Below, piece by piece: positions 24,676-37,790 of a DNA stretch of 64,000 nucleotides. The stretch's first letter is position 1. Each line of letters begins with the position of its first letter. Both the position numbers and the translations under genes were made by a program. The notes beneath the pieces are model-generated. The model worked only from the letters and a program-made list of their open reading frames with translations, did not search any database and had not been told where the DNA came from. This DNA comes from Tubulanus polymorphus (lineage: Eukaryota; Animalia; Nemertea): positions 5,666,231 to 5,730,230 of the forward strand of contig NC_134033.1 of the NCBI RefSeq assembly GCF_964204645.1, in the 5' to 3' direction.

Positions 24676-27600
24676 CTACTTCTTTGCATAAATGATTCTA
24701 CTGCTAAACGGGTCGTTTTCGGCCTCGGTGCTGTAACCGTAATAATCCAAAATGTCTCTCGCTGCAACGACGAATAACAAGAAAATTGAATGAATATGTA
24801 TGGGTCATCCACGTGACGTCATAGTGCGACATATCGACCGTCGTTTTGTCCTGTCAAGCGCAAGCGACAAAAGGAAAAGGACAGCCATTCGACGGTCGAA
24901 ATGACTTATAATGTATAAACATTACGCATGACGTCGGCATGGCCGCAATAGCAAGCAATTCAATCTACATCAAAATGAAGCTAAATTTACAATTCACAAT
25001 TCGTATTGTAGATTTCCAAGTTGTTCTGGACTGACACGTTTTTTCAAGTCGGGTTAACAGTTTACCATAGTTACAAATGATGAGTTTGTAGCACTGTGGC
25101 AAGTGATCAACCACCAGAAAACACTTGCGACACACGTTCACGAATTCGTTCAAATTACCAACAGAAAACGTAAAATTGGAATTTTGCCAGGTTTTTGATG
25201 TGACAGTAAAAAAATTAAATGGTAAATAATCAAAAATTCAACTGAATTTGGATCGAATTGTCATCCCCTATCCCTACACTAGCACAACCTCTACGGCAAG
25301 ATGTGCCCACGTCATCTGGTGATAGATTCAATCGATTTTCTGGTACTTACGTCTCGTCTGTCGCGGCGTGAAATGGCGACATGTAGGGAAATCGTGCGGT
25401 ATGTTGTTTAGATTCCAGAATGGTTTCGCTGCTTCGAGCAATACCATCATCCCGGCGCCCAGATGATCTTCGATGTGACAGTGCACTGGCCACACACCCG
25501 AATTCTTAGTTTTCATTCGAACCACGACGTATCCACCCTCGGGAACGTTAATCGTGTCCTGAAAAAAAACAGAAACGCTATTTGCAGTTACGGAGAATCC
25601 AAAAACGTGCGACCATCAATTGGCCTCTGAATTCAGTTCCAGAAACTGCAAACATCCACAAACTCGCGGAACTGGGTCTGAAAAGTATAATAGATCCCTT
25701 AGTATAATGTTACATTAAACCTAGTTCTCCAAGTTTAGGGTTACATTTGACAATGGTTTGTACGTTTTATTTTGGCCCTAAGATTATGTGCCTCCCAAAT
25801 CAGTTAAACAGTTGTGCGGGTTAAATTTGAACCCAGTTTTATATTTGTGTGGGTTTAATCTACCCCTGGATCCAGTTCCACAGGTTGTGTGGGTTTAATT
25901 TGACTCTGGATCCAGTTCCAACAGTTGTGTGGGTTATTTTCTTCAAAGCTACAAAAAGCGATTATCACATTTTCAGCTATTCAATTTTCCGATTAATAAT
26001 TATTTACCTTAAACGGCGGATCATGCAGGTTCAAACCGGGAATATTGTTACCGCCCCAAGTCGTATTTCTCCATCTCGGTTGGTTACAGAATACGTCTTC
26101 GTCGCAGACGATATCGTCGTTGTCGCCGATGATTTCACCTGTTGTGTCGTTCCTTTTTGGTTGCGCCACTTTCAACACGTGAAAATGCATTCCGTGGGTG
26201 TGTATCGGATGGTGACCGCGACCCGCGCCGTAACTGACGAAGACCATCTGCACGACCTGGTACAGTTTCAGCTGCATGCTGTACGTGCACAGGCACGCCC
26301 TGCCCGACTTGCACGGTTTCGTGCAGCGATGCTCTTGCGGTTCGGTCGACTGTGTCAGAATCGGCGAAACCGGGCGTCGGAATTTGTTACCGTTGACGCG
26401 GGCGCCTTTCTGCATGCTCCAATTGAAAAACTCTTCCCTCATTCTTGACTTACGTGTCCCGGGAACGTGACCCGATGTCGGAGATTTCATCGGAATGCAG
26501 TTGAAGTGCTGGTCGGGCGCGAAATGGGGCGCGTCGCAGTTGACGATGTTACAAGGGGAAGAGCTGGTGCATTCAATCGCTTGACTCGACGGATCGACGT
26601 CAGGTGTCGATCCGTTGTAGCGTAAAATGGCGAGCGCCTGGTAACCGCCGTTGTCGGCTCTGATCCAGTAGTTATCGATTGGCTGGTCAGCGAGCACTAA
26701 TACGTCAAACCTCTCGCCGGGAGTAACTACCACGTGCGTGACGAGGGTGTGTTTCAAATCTTGGCCGTCTGACGTTACAACCGTCATGTTGTGCCCGTCA
26801 ATGGATACGATAAAGTACGAATCGGCCTGCGAACCAAACAATCGGAACCGGTAATAATTACCTTGGCGCACGCAGTATTCGGTCAACGGGCCGTTCGTCA
26901 GAAAAGTGCCGTTTTCGTCCATGAAACGCCCTCTACCGTTGATAAGGCCGGAATGGAATTCCGTCGACGCGTGGTCGTCGTATCTCTCCTTGATCTGGTC
27001 GAAGATTCCCAGGACGACCATCAGGAACCAGCCCGTACTGGCGTGTCTGTGGTTGACGTCGGCTAACATGACGTTGAAGTCGTCTGCTACCAGTGGATCG
27101 TTGTGTTTCTTGATGATCAAAGGCCCGTACAAGCCATCCGAAATCTGTACGCCCACGTGAGAATGGTACCACATCGTACCGCCAGGGTACGCCAGTAGAC
27201 GGTGCGTGTAGATCTGTTCGGGGTGTATCGGACACATGTTCACCCAGGCCACGCCATCGTACCACGGCCAGATTTTAGCGTGAAGCCCGTGCCAATGTAT
27301 ACTCGTGGCCTGGGCGACTAGCTGGTTGTGTACGTTGATGATGATCTCTTGGTTTTCCCAGGCGACGATAGGTGGCCCCGGGATCGTTCCGTTGGCGGTG
27401 ATGACTAAGTGAGGCTCTCTGTAACCGTCCTGCATTACCACGCAATTGGGATCGATGGCCGTTGCGTTGGCGTCGTCTGGGTTGACGTTGTAGGGTAAGA
27501 GCGTGCCGTTGTTGGTGTACACGAGAACGCCGTTACAAACCATCGTCAGAACCGGTTTCACTTCAATGGTGAACACGCAAACTTTATCGGATTTCTTACA

Positions 27601-28192
27601 CGGCCTCGCGTACACAGGCTCTGAAAAAAACGCATTAAGTTCGAGCCTAAGTTTCTTTATGTTCGTTTATCGGATTTCAAAATATGCCGGGATCGGGCCC
27701 ATAGTCGAGACTTTGAGAAAAATATTGAGTTATTAGATTTAGCTTTATTAAAGAAAATGAGCTTAGACTAGCCTTAATTTATTAGATTGGCAAAACTATA
27801 AAACGAACATCGTCTAAGACTGTTGCTAAGTCAGTACTATAGATCCGTTATGCCAAAGTACACTAATTGTAAAGTCTCATGCAAAAAAGATAAATCGATT
27901 TTGATCTTAAAGAATTGGCCTACGGCGTAATGTTAGATTGTCAAAAGAATTAAGATGGTCATAGTATGGGCTTAAGTCTAAGCCATCTGCGCACCAACGG
28001 ATTTTTTGTCTAAGTAATTTGATAGAATATATATAATCATTTTCCCCATAAAACAATGCCAGCCGTAATTCAAAATCTCATCTTACCGTATGGTTCCCGC
28101 ATATATCGATGATACGGGTTGTAATACCGTCCCGCGTTCGCAGTTGAACCGAGAACGCAAAGTAACATCAACACTTTCATCATTTTCTCCAT
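24676..28192 (-). CDS. Secreted laccase-type multicopper oxidase A
   Basis: Coding exons 28087-28192 (signal peptide MEKMMKVLMLLCVLGSTANA, then GRYYNPYHRYMREPY), 26008-27620, 25351-25558, 24676-24761 (PRDILDYYGYSTEAENDPFSSRIIYAKK*). All four Cu motifs present: HWHG, WYHSH, HPIHTHG, HCHIEDHLGAGM. Probable 5'UTR exon at about 28758-28850 with TATAAAA at 28875-28881. Confidence 0.93.
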
Positions 28193-30954
28193 ATTCGTAT
28201 CTGGAATAAACTAAAAGCTCACAGAATCCGACACAACATCACCTCTCCATCCAGATTTTCCCATCGTTTCCAGATTTCTCCATCAGAAGATTTACCACAT
28301 AGCTACATAACAATCAAACTTAAGGAAATGATGGAAATTCTATTAACGGGTATCCCATTGGAGTACATAAAGTAATATACTCAGACGGATGCAGCCTTGA
28401 TTCGGATATTCTCGGAGCCATCCTCTTACTTTGACTAACTTTTCGAAAAAAACCATTTGAGGTCGTCTGGTAACCATAACCGGAATAACGCATCGCGATA
28501 CACGATACACGATAATACATTCAAGACGATGTTTTTTTTCGCCAAGATTATTTCAATTTCAACATTTTGATAATCTTCTTAGTCAGATTGCCTTATCTCT
28601 GTCAACGTTTTCGATGTGGTCACGTTTAGGAGAAGGTTATGAGCGAAAACGGGTGGGAGAAGTATAATTAATAATAATAATCATCATCAAATGAATAACA
28701 ATAGGGTTTTATGCCGAACGGAGAGTAAACCCCAAACTAAGTCACTAAGTTACTTACCCCTCAAACAGAAGTGGAAACTGAAATATTTCTCGTCTAAGGC
28801 TTGTAGAAGTTAAATTGCTATAGACCTACGCGCTAACATCTAGGAATATAGCACAGAATACTTCGATCGACTGATATTTATACAATTAATGAACAATTTA
28901 CCGCCAGACTCGAGACAATTAGGCGAATAGAATTTGATGAGCTACATAGAAAGATAACTGATGCATTTAGTTTTGTAAGATGATTGATCAACCTGTAAGA
29001 ACCAAGGTGAAGCAAGGTGACTTAAAACGATATTGCGAAACACTTGACTCGAACATTTTAGATTAAGTTTAGCTGCACTTAAACATCAATTGAACGTAGA
29101 TTAGTTGAAAGTGAGATATATTTCTCAGGATTCCTTTGTCAGCTCGACAACATCTTCCCAATCGGTGACACAGATTTCAATTTGCTTTTCATGGGCAGCA
29201 TATGTTTTGTTAATTAATTTTCGCGGGCAGGGTGACACGGATTGTAAGTGCTTTTGTTACACGAAAAGCCAATAAAAGTGATTCACGATCGGTTTCACGT
29301 TTGCGCGCCTAATTGAAAACGTGAATATTGACGCTTTTGTTTACGTGATGACTGATTATTATCTTCACATCTACGACGATTGAGTTTTAACAATTACACG
29401 GAGACGTGAAACAAATCTGTGAAACGCGACGCGTCTCGGCGCAGTTGTTCACACGATAGCAACAGCTGTAATGTGACTCTATTCGCGGTGCGAAGCTTTC
29501 AACCGAATTATGATTTCCTACTCTCCCTACTGTGGCAATCGAGGATTCGGTTAGTGGCTAGTAAGGATCCAACAGGTGACACTATTGTACTTTATGAGAT
29601 CGACTACTGCGGCAATAGAGGATTTCGGTCGTGGTGAGTGAGGATGGATCCACCAGGTATCACGTGTACAGTTGGAGATCGACTACTCTGGCAATAGAGG
29701 ATTCTACTTGTGGCAAGCGTGGATCCACCAAGACACTTGTGGAAACTGTGGAGTTCCTTTCTATAAAATGAGGATGGAGTCGCTATATGTCGGGTTGCCA
29801 GGTTTTGCGTGTTGCCATTATGAAATTAAGCTCGTTTCTGAAGATGTAGACTTGACATTTATACTCTCAAGACGAAATCAGTTCATCGAAACTTATCGAA
29901 GTCATTGGTTATTCAAATCCCTGTTCTAATTAAGCCGTTATCACGCGCGCCTTTTCATAAGATCGTTTTGGACTCTCCGGAGCATTCCACCTCATCACTT
30001 TGAGGGTTTAGGTTCACAAAAAAAACCGGGGCCAGTTGCACAGACGTCACTTCCGTTAATAGCTGATCTCAAATCCTTAGACTCTGGTCATGGAACTAAG
30101 CTGGTCTTAGACCGGTCATAAATTTTAGCCAAGACTATGCAACTGATCCATTGTGCTTGGTTCCATAGTCGCTAGTGCAAGAGGTATCTTAAATTTCAAG
30201 TCCAGTCTCATCTGTGTTTCTATAAGCTATGGAACATCGATTGTTTGAGACTGGTTTTAAATCTTAGCCGTAACTTTATGCAACTGGCCCCGGTGTAGTA
30301 TGGATGAGTTTAGAAGCTGGCGTCGTGATCTCGTAAACTCATTCAATGAAAAGTCATGATTCATATACATAGACAAAACGAGAATATTTATTTCGATTTT
30401 AATTAGGACGTATGTAAAGTTAGATTACACGTGATCTACATACGCCACGGAAGGTTGAAAATCCCGCCGTGAGCGAATGGGACCGTATTCAAATCTATCA
30501 ACTGAAACGTAAACAAATATTATTTTCAAAACGAGTTCGATGCGTTGATTGTGTACACAGCCCGGAACGCACCAACCCCGCCGATCCCCGATAAACTGCA
30601 ACCCCTGTTTAAATTGACTCCAGTTCCTCATTTTCGAGGGTTTAATTTGAATGAACCCAGTTCCACAGAGAGGTGTGTAAATTTGATTTGATTCAGGACC
30701 CAGATCAACAACAGTTTTGCGAATTTGATTCGACTCTGGGTCATGCTCCGCAATTTTATCGGGATTCTTTTGACTCTCGATCCAGTTCCACAGTTTTGTT
30801 GGTTTTTTTTTTTGTCTCGTGGGTGTGGTTTTAAACTAATCCGGGTCAATTTTTACATTCGTGAAAGTTTCATTCCAATCAGATCTGGAATCTTCATTTG
30901 GTTGAATTGAGTGAAGTAGATCGAAGAGCACTGTTTATGTATTTAGTTTAGAAA

Positions 30955-31180
30955 TTGAGAAGAGATTTACGTCTCAAATGCAAGCAAAAGTGCGTAGCCC
31001 TAGTGGGTCTTAAGAGACGGCCAGGGCCTTTTTACATTGGTTGTTATGGCTCACAGCCTAGCTAGGTTAGCAGAGCTTAGCCCACGTATGTGTCTCGACA
31101 GCCAACGCCAGGAGGTGGTTTCGAACTAGGAACCTCTCGGTTCCCAGTCCTCCAACCAACCTTCTGAGCTAACTGGACAA
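30955..31180 (-). mobile_element. tRNA-derived SINE
   Basis: Minus strand reads gtccagttagctcagaaggttgg...gttcgaaacc (A- and B-box-like), then a non-tRNA body. A similar SINE-like head lies on the - strand at about 33770-33895. Confidence 0.5.
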
Positions 31181-32639
31181 TCATTTGTCGATTGAACTTA
31201 AGGAATCGACTACTTACCACACTCTGCAAGTTCTCGGACAGTTCCTCTTCATGTATCCCATCCACGTGTACATCGTACAGTATTTCTTCCAAGTGGGACA
31301 TTTAGTGAAGTAATCTGCACACGAAGCCCGTTTCACTGAAACACCTGCATCGTCTGAAAAGCGAAAAAAATTTTCAAAAGCGTCGATCGTACAAGAAATG
31401 TTACACTATAAAAGTTACACTATAACGTGGTAAAACTACGCAATGAATTGCGAAAGACGATTAAGATATATGTATATGTATAATTGTAATGATAATGATT
31501 CCTTGATAATAGATTCTATTGAAAAATCGATTTTTGACGTTTTGATATTTTGAAAAGACTTTTCGATTTCGTAATTACAGGACACATATCTCAAATGTTA
31601 CATGAGAGTAAATTTAAAAAGGAAAACGAATCTGCGAACCGTAAACTTATCGAATTACCTATATTGTTTCTGGCAAGTTCAATCTGAAAATAAGATTAAG
31701 AAGTGGCAGTAAATCGACGCGCTCACCGGGGTTCGAGTCCATCTCGTACACAGAAATTAGGAGCTACCAACTCGGGCCCAATTCCACAGTTCCGAGTTAA
31801 GATGAATTAACTCAATGTCAGAACGTGGAACTGGGTGCAGGAAATCAATTAACGACCCCGGCTTGGTACTTGCGTAATAATCGAAACAAAAAGCAAATAA
31901 AATTTGATATTGGGAATTGTACGTGCAACTTTTTAGGCTTTCGAATCACTGTTCAACGCAATTTAAAAAAAATAACGAACTTATATTCGATGCCGAAGGC
32001 TACATTTGGTGTATATGTATAATTATATCTTACATGACGACAGCTTGCTAATGTTACCAACACGACCAAACAAAGGAAAAAAACGATCTTCGAAGCCATC
32101 ACGAATGTTAGAATTCTGTCAAATGTGTATCTGGCCGGTGTATCGGTCGGTATTTATCTAAAATTCTGTTTACAGTCGGGTCGGAAGAAGAACAGATGCC
32201 ATTTGATAAATCTATGCGGCTATCTGCTTCGTGATAATCCGATGTCAAACGGCCAGGTGCCAGTCAGGCAATCCTAACGTCGCGTGGCCCTATACGTTAT
32301 TAAATCGTGATTAAAACCGATAAAATATCTAAATGTATTGTCACAATATTTCGCCTCGTAGATTGTGGAATATTCGAACGTGGACTCATTAACGAAAATA
32401 CGAGTGATTTGACAAATGCAATTCTCTTTGATAAATTTACTACCAAAGCCCTCAAACTAGAATATATATCTTAATTGCTCACAAAAGTACATTTGCTTAG
32501 AGCAATTCCGAGGGCGTGCTCATGGACTTTATTCAGGACACAAAACGTTTGCGTGCTCTGCGATAGAATTATTCAGAGGGTGAAGTTACCATTGTAATTA
32601 AAAATAAAGCCTAAATACCAAAAATTATCAACTACTTCG

Positions 32640-33150
32640 ATACGATGGCCGTTTAAGATTTCATTTATGGTCGGCGGCGACCTTTCCTTTTGTCAAAAAT
32701 CATGACCTTCGTTTTATCATAATTAATGTTTATAAGCCATTTCTGGCAGTATTCAGCCATATTATTTGCTGAGAGCTAAAGGTTGCCTGGGTTCTCGGCC
32801 GAGAACTCGGTATCATCAGCATACATTAGCACGAATAGTTTAAGCATATATAATTGTCATTTCTAAGAAAATTGATACTAGGGCAACCTTCGTTTAATAG
32901 ATATTGTTCCATGCCATAAAAAATATAGAAAATAATATCGGAGAAAGGTTTTCTCCCTGTCTGAAGCCCATAAAGGATTCAAAGAAGTCAGATGTCTCCC
33001 CATTAACTTTAACACAATACTATGCATTTTCGTATATTTTAAAGATTACGTTGAGAATTTAACCAGTGGTTCCTGAGGTTATTAGTTTGTGCCAAAGAGC
33101 TTTTCGGTTCATAGTGTCAAAACATTTTTGAAAATCTATAAACATAATTT
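32640..33150 (-). mobile_element. Degenerate LINE RT fragment, same family type as 8917-12224
   Basis: Minus strand translates FIDFQKCFDTMNRKALWHKLITSG...VNGETSDFFESFMGFRQGENLSPILFSI...YADD, with stops and frameshifts. Confidence 0.85.
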
Positions 33151-33469
33151 CAACAATAGACCTTCGTTTGCAACACTAGCGTTAAACGTTCCTAAATTGT
33201 ACCTCCCTTTACCGAGTGGTTTCTTCCCGTAACGCTTAACATAACAACCTGAAGAAAATGCGGAAAGCGTGGACGTGTTTTGAAAGTCACGCACACACGT
33301 GTTGATGACAGAAGACGTTTGTTACGCGGTACTGCAAAAAATGACGCAACTTCACATTTCGTACGGTTCAATTTTTACGACTCGAATTCAATTAACGGCG
33401 ACACATTTTTTGAGTAAACACAAAGCAACTCGATTTGTTAGCGTCAAATGAAGTTGATGATCTCATATC

Positions 33470-33528
33470 TATAAAAGTGCCAGTCGCCACAAGGAACGTC
33501 GCCATCTTTTCCTCGAATGGCACAGGAG
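33470..33528 (+). promoter_or_regulatory. TATA box and short 5' exon of laccase B, containing a uORF start
   Basis: TATAAAA at 33470-33476. ATG GCA CAG GAG at 33517-33528 followed by donor gtaagt. Paralogous arrangement at 39755-39813 for laccase C. Confidence 0.6.
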
Positions 33529-34000
33529 GTAAGTGGGGTATTCATAATCTCGATTCACTATCGGTGATCTCCTGCGGAGAGGTAACATCCGAAAAGCTAC
33601 TAGCCGCTCGGGGTTCAATTTCACGAAAGAAGTTTAACTAAAATTGTCGGTGTAATTACCATTGGTTACCTTATTGAGTACAACAATTCAACTTAACTGC
33701 AGATTTAAGCTTACACTTTTCATGAGACCGACCACAGGAGTCATCGGTCGGGCAATGTATCAATTTACTACTCGAGGAGAGGAGATCGGGGTGAGTTTGC
33801 AACCCCTTTGAGACTACGGTAATGTACGGCATTCGAACCCACGACATGGATTTGCTGAGTCGAACGGTCTAGCCACTCTCTAGCTCACACAGCTCCTCTT
33901 ATCAACCAACTCCTTACTGCTGTTGTCAGGGTCATTGGGATCAGTTATTTCAGTTGGACATTATTGAAACGAATGTATCTTTTTTTCAGAAATAAACACC

Positions 34001-36657
34001 ATGTATTTCTACTGTTTAATTCTGCACGCTTTAGTGCTGGCTAGCGCCGCCATGCGCTCGTACGTGAGTGATGTATACGGTAAGATATTTTTTTTGGTGG
34101 AAATATTTGAATCTCGAATTTTTGAACGGTCGAGAAGTGAGAATAGTAACGCATAGTGGGTTTTGTATTGAATCGTTTGTAAAGCTGTTAAAAACGAGAA
34201 GGAACATGAAATAAAAATCACGTTATTGAATTTTTAGAGTTTTGGTCCTTGATCACATTTGACCATGTTTTAAATATTACAGAGCCTATTTACGCGAGAC
34301 CATGCAGAAGGTCGGATACGGAATGCGTCTTTACGCTCGAGGTAGTGGAGTCGCTGACGATGGTTTATCGGCGAAGCCTGCTCTTCTCTTACCAAGGCAA
34401 ACTCTACCCATGGAACGTGAATCCTACTGCCCCGGGTGCTCAGCCAGTCGATCCGGCGAACGTGGTCGTATCGGACGCCTACTACGTCCCGATCCGAATG
34501 CTGACGTTCAACGGTACGGTCCCGGGACCCATACTCGAAGCGTGGGGAGACCAGACGATAATCATCAACGTCATTAACAGAGATATATCCGAAGCGATAT
34601 CCGTCCATTGGCACGGGCTGCATCAAAGGAATTCGGGATGGTACGACGGTATCCCGTGGTTGACTCAGTGTCCCCAACTGCCGGGAGAGATATTCACGCA
34701 ACGTTTCAAGGCATTCCCGTACGGTACATTTTGGTATCACTCGCACGTCGGCATACAGCTTTCCGATTCTCTTTACGGAGCTTTGATTATCCATCACAAA
34801 GATGAGGCACCAAAAGTAGCCGGGGATTTCAACGTGATGTTCGCCGATGTGAATCACCACGTCATAGGCAACGCCTGGTTCTTGTATCTGGCCAACCGAG
34901 TATGGGATCACCTGGCTGCGAAGTACAACGAACCGGAAATGGCTCAACGCTACCAATCGCTTATAATCAACGGTAGGGGGCGTTTCTTTTCGAATGCCGG
35001 CGTCGCACTGACGCATGGTCCGCTATCGGAGTTCGAGGTCGTTCAAGGAAATCTGTACAGATTCCGCGTACACGGCTCGCAAGCGTCGACGTTCGTGAAA
35101 TTCTCAATCGACGGCCACCGACTGCAGGTAGTAGCGACAGACGGCCGCGACCTGAAACCTCAGTGGGTAACTCACGTTGTGGTGGCGCCTGGTGAGAGGT
35201 ACGATGTACTAGTCGTAGCCGACCAGCCAGTCGGTAATTACTGGGTTCGTGGTTTCAACGGAAAACACGGTTTGGCTATCCTACGTTATCACGGAGCTAA
35301 TCCTCACGTCGAACCGACTACGACAGGTCACCCGTGCAACGCGGCCAGCAAGTGCGTCGTATACAATTGTGAAGTAACGGACCACGGCGTTCCGTTCCAA
35401 GAGTGCATCACGTTCGATCGTATGAGGTCTATGAACGTACCGCCGGTTCCCGGACGTCACAACGAACGAATCAAAGAGAGCTTCTTCAATTTCGGCTTCA
35501 AGCAGGGACCGCGCGTCAACGGAAATAAATACCAGATACCCGTGTCGCCGATTCTTACGCAACCCGGCGAAGCCCAGGAAAACCCGTGCTACCAACCGTG
35601 CGCGTCCGGCAGCGTATGCGAGTGTACCTACAACCACCATTTGAAGTTAGGCGAAATACAGCAATTCGTCTTACTCAGTATGGGTACCGGGCGTAGCAGT
35701 CATCCGATTCATTACCACGGACATCATGCCGCCGTCGTGAAAGTTGGCCTTCCTTCAAAAGACGCCCAAGGAAATATAATCGATAATACGGACATCATCT
35801 GCGACGAGACGAGGTACTGTAACTGGCCCAAATGGAGAAATCCCGAATGGGGCGGTAACAACATTCCCGGTTTGAATTTGCATGATCCAGCATCAAAGGT
35901 ATGTGAAAATATTTTTCTGACCGATAAATTCGAGCGGGTTTGAGTTTTGAATAAACGTATTGATTCCAAAACTTCTTCAACCACTTCTAATGTGAGTTTA
36001 TCTCAAAACGATTTAGGTAATCTAAGTAATCTTTGAGCGGAACGAGTATTAAGTTAAGTTGCTTTGGTATATTTCAGGATACCGTGCTCGTACCGGCCGG
36101 TGGTTACGTCATCATCCGTTTCGTGGCTGATAATCCGGGCGCGTGGGGAATGCACTGTCACATCGAACCGCATCTGGTCGCCGGAATGTTCGTCGCTCTG
36201 ATCGAGGGCTTCGAAACGTTCGATTCGTTCGACCTTCCGCCTCATTTCCCAACTTGTCGACATTACACACCAAGGCACTACAGACGTAAGTACGACGATC
36301 ATTTTGTTTTGTTTTCTATTTTCTAATTCTAAATCGTTTCCGATAAAGGAAAAATTTAAAACGAAGTGACGGATCCTTATTCGGATAACCCATTCTTTAA
36401 TTGTTTAGAATATAGTATTTGAACGTCGCTTCAGCATATTTGAATATTTGTTAATCATATTTATATAAACGTTTTTCGAATAAACTGTTTCAGCGCGTGA
36501 GGATAGGAACTACTATGGATTCAACACCGAACACGCCAACGACATGTTCGGAAACAGGAATATGTTTCTCGGACCACACATGGGAGGAGGAGGGGGTGGA
36601 AGAGGAGGTGGAAATGCAGGAGGCGGAGGCGGAGGCGGAGGCGCAGGTGGCTATTAG
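34001..36657 (+). CDS. Secreted laccase-type multicopper oxidase B with Gly-rich C-terminal tail
   Basis: Exons 34001-34079 (MYFYCLILHALVLASAAMRSYVSDVY), 34283-35898, 36078-36285, 36494-36657. Cu motifs HWHG, WYHSH, HPIHYHG, HCHIEPHLVAGM. Last exon PREDRNYYGFNTEHANDMFGNRNMFLGPHMGGGGGGRGGGNAGGGGGGGGAGGY*. Confidence 0.94.
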
Positions 36658-37399
36658 AGTTATGTTCGACCGATGTACCACAGCACAGTACAGCGCAGCA
36701 TAGCTGCAAATACACAACCGTTTCATTTAAACAAATTATATTTATTGAAGTTTAATTTCTAAAGAAATTCTGTAAAGAGTTCCGTCATAACGTACTAAAT
36801 ATTGCATTAAAACATCGTTGTTTATTGATAGTCTCAAAATCTATAACTCATCTGTCGTGACTATTGATGGCGAATTCTGCTTATCGGTAAACTTTAGTTG
36901 CTTTATTTCCCTTCTCGTGATCTTGGATCTCGTTTTTTTCTGTTTATTTTTTTAATTTATTCGCGTGCTGTGTGGCTAATAAACGCTTATGAAGCATAAA
37001 CCAGACAGGTTCCTCTTAATTTCTTTTGTTCTCAGCAAATTCGGAATTCGAATCGTATTCTTGTTTTTCTCCGGAAGCATCGCCTAATCATTTCAGTGGG
37101 ATTTCTTTCTTATTGATAATGAATTCTACGTGGAAAGTTGATTTTCCTTTAACAATCAAAATCGCTTTCATTGTCTCGTAGGCGGGACTATCATTTTGTT
37201 GACGACATACGTACACTTAGAATAACTTAGAATTATTTGGAAATATCTATTGGGACTGAATATAATTATAAGACGACTTCAGCAACATGACGTCTTTTCT
37301 GATGATGTCTTGAACAAGTACTCACCGTATAGTCTCGACTGGGAGAACGATCAAGATTTTCGCTTTGTCCCATAAAAAAACTGTTTAAGAATCGTTGCC

Positions 37400-37790
37400 A
37401 TTACCAGAGATGCGTGAATTAGCCGAATCATACATTCGAGATTCTGTAGATTAATCATTGGCAACACAATAAATCTCTTCTATAACCTGTTTTTGGTGAT
37501 CTGGGGTTTTTCCCAGTTCTCAATGATGTACTTTTATCAGCAATTAAATTCTGGATGTCCATAATGACGGGTAATCCTAATAGTTTAGTTTATCAGAGTC
37601 TCCTCGATATGTATAGGGGTGCCAGCAATAATAACTGTAATTTTATAACGGGCATTAAGACTTAACTCGCGCATCTGAATTATAATAACCTGTTGGAAAA
37701 TCTAGGTGCCTGTAGCAATCCTGATTATATTCTAAGTAACATCAAATCCAAATTACAAGACAATTTCTGATTGACGTATCGAAATATTCA
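37400..37790 (+). mobile_element. Highly degenerate LINE RT C-terminal fragment
   Basis: Translates FGDLGFFPVLNDVLLSAIKFW...NPNSLVYQSLLDMY, resembling YGELGRFPL...MLKFW of the intact LINE. Boundaries are approximate. Confidence 0.5.

Noticed and set aside
23084-33895. tRNA-like sequences at about 23084, 31110 and 33830 as tRNA genes
   Set aside because: They have A/B boxes but no complete cloverleaf and are better explained as SINE heads.
36497-36703. Glu/Ala-rich 68-aa ORF (EEEGVEEE...EAEAEAEA)
   Set aside because: Wrong frame. Splice phase and homology to laccases A and C show the Gly-rich frame is the real exon.
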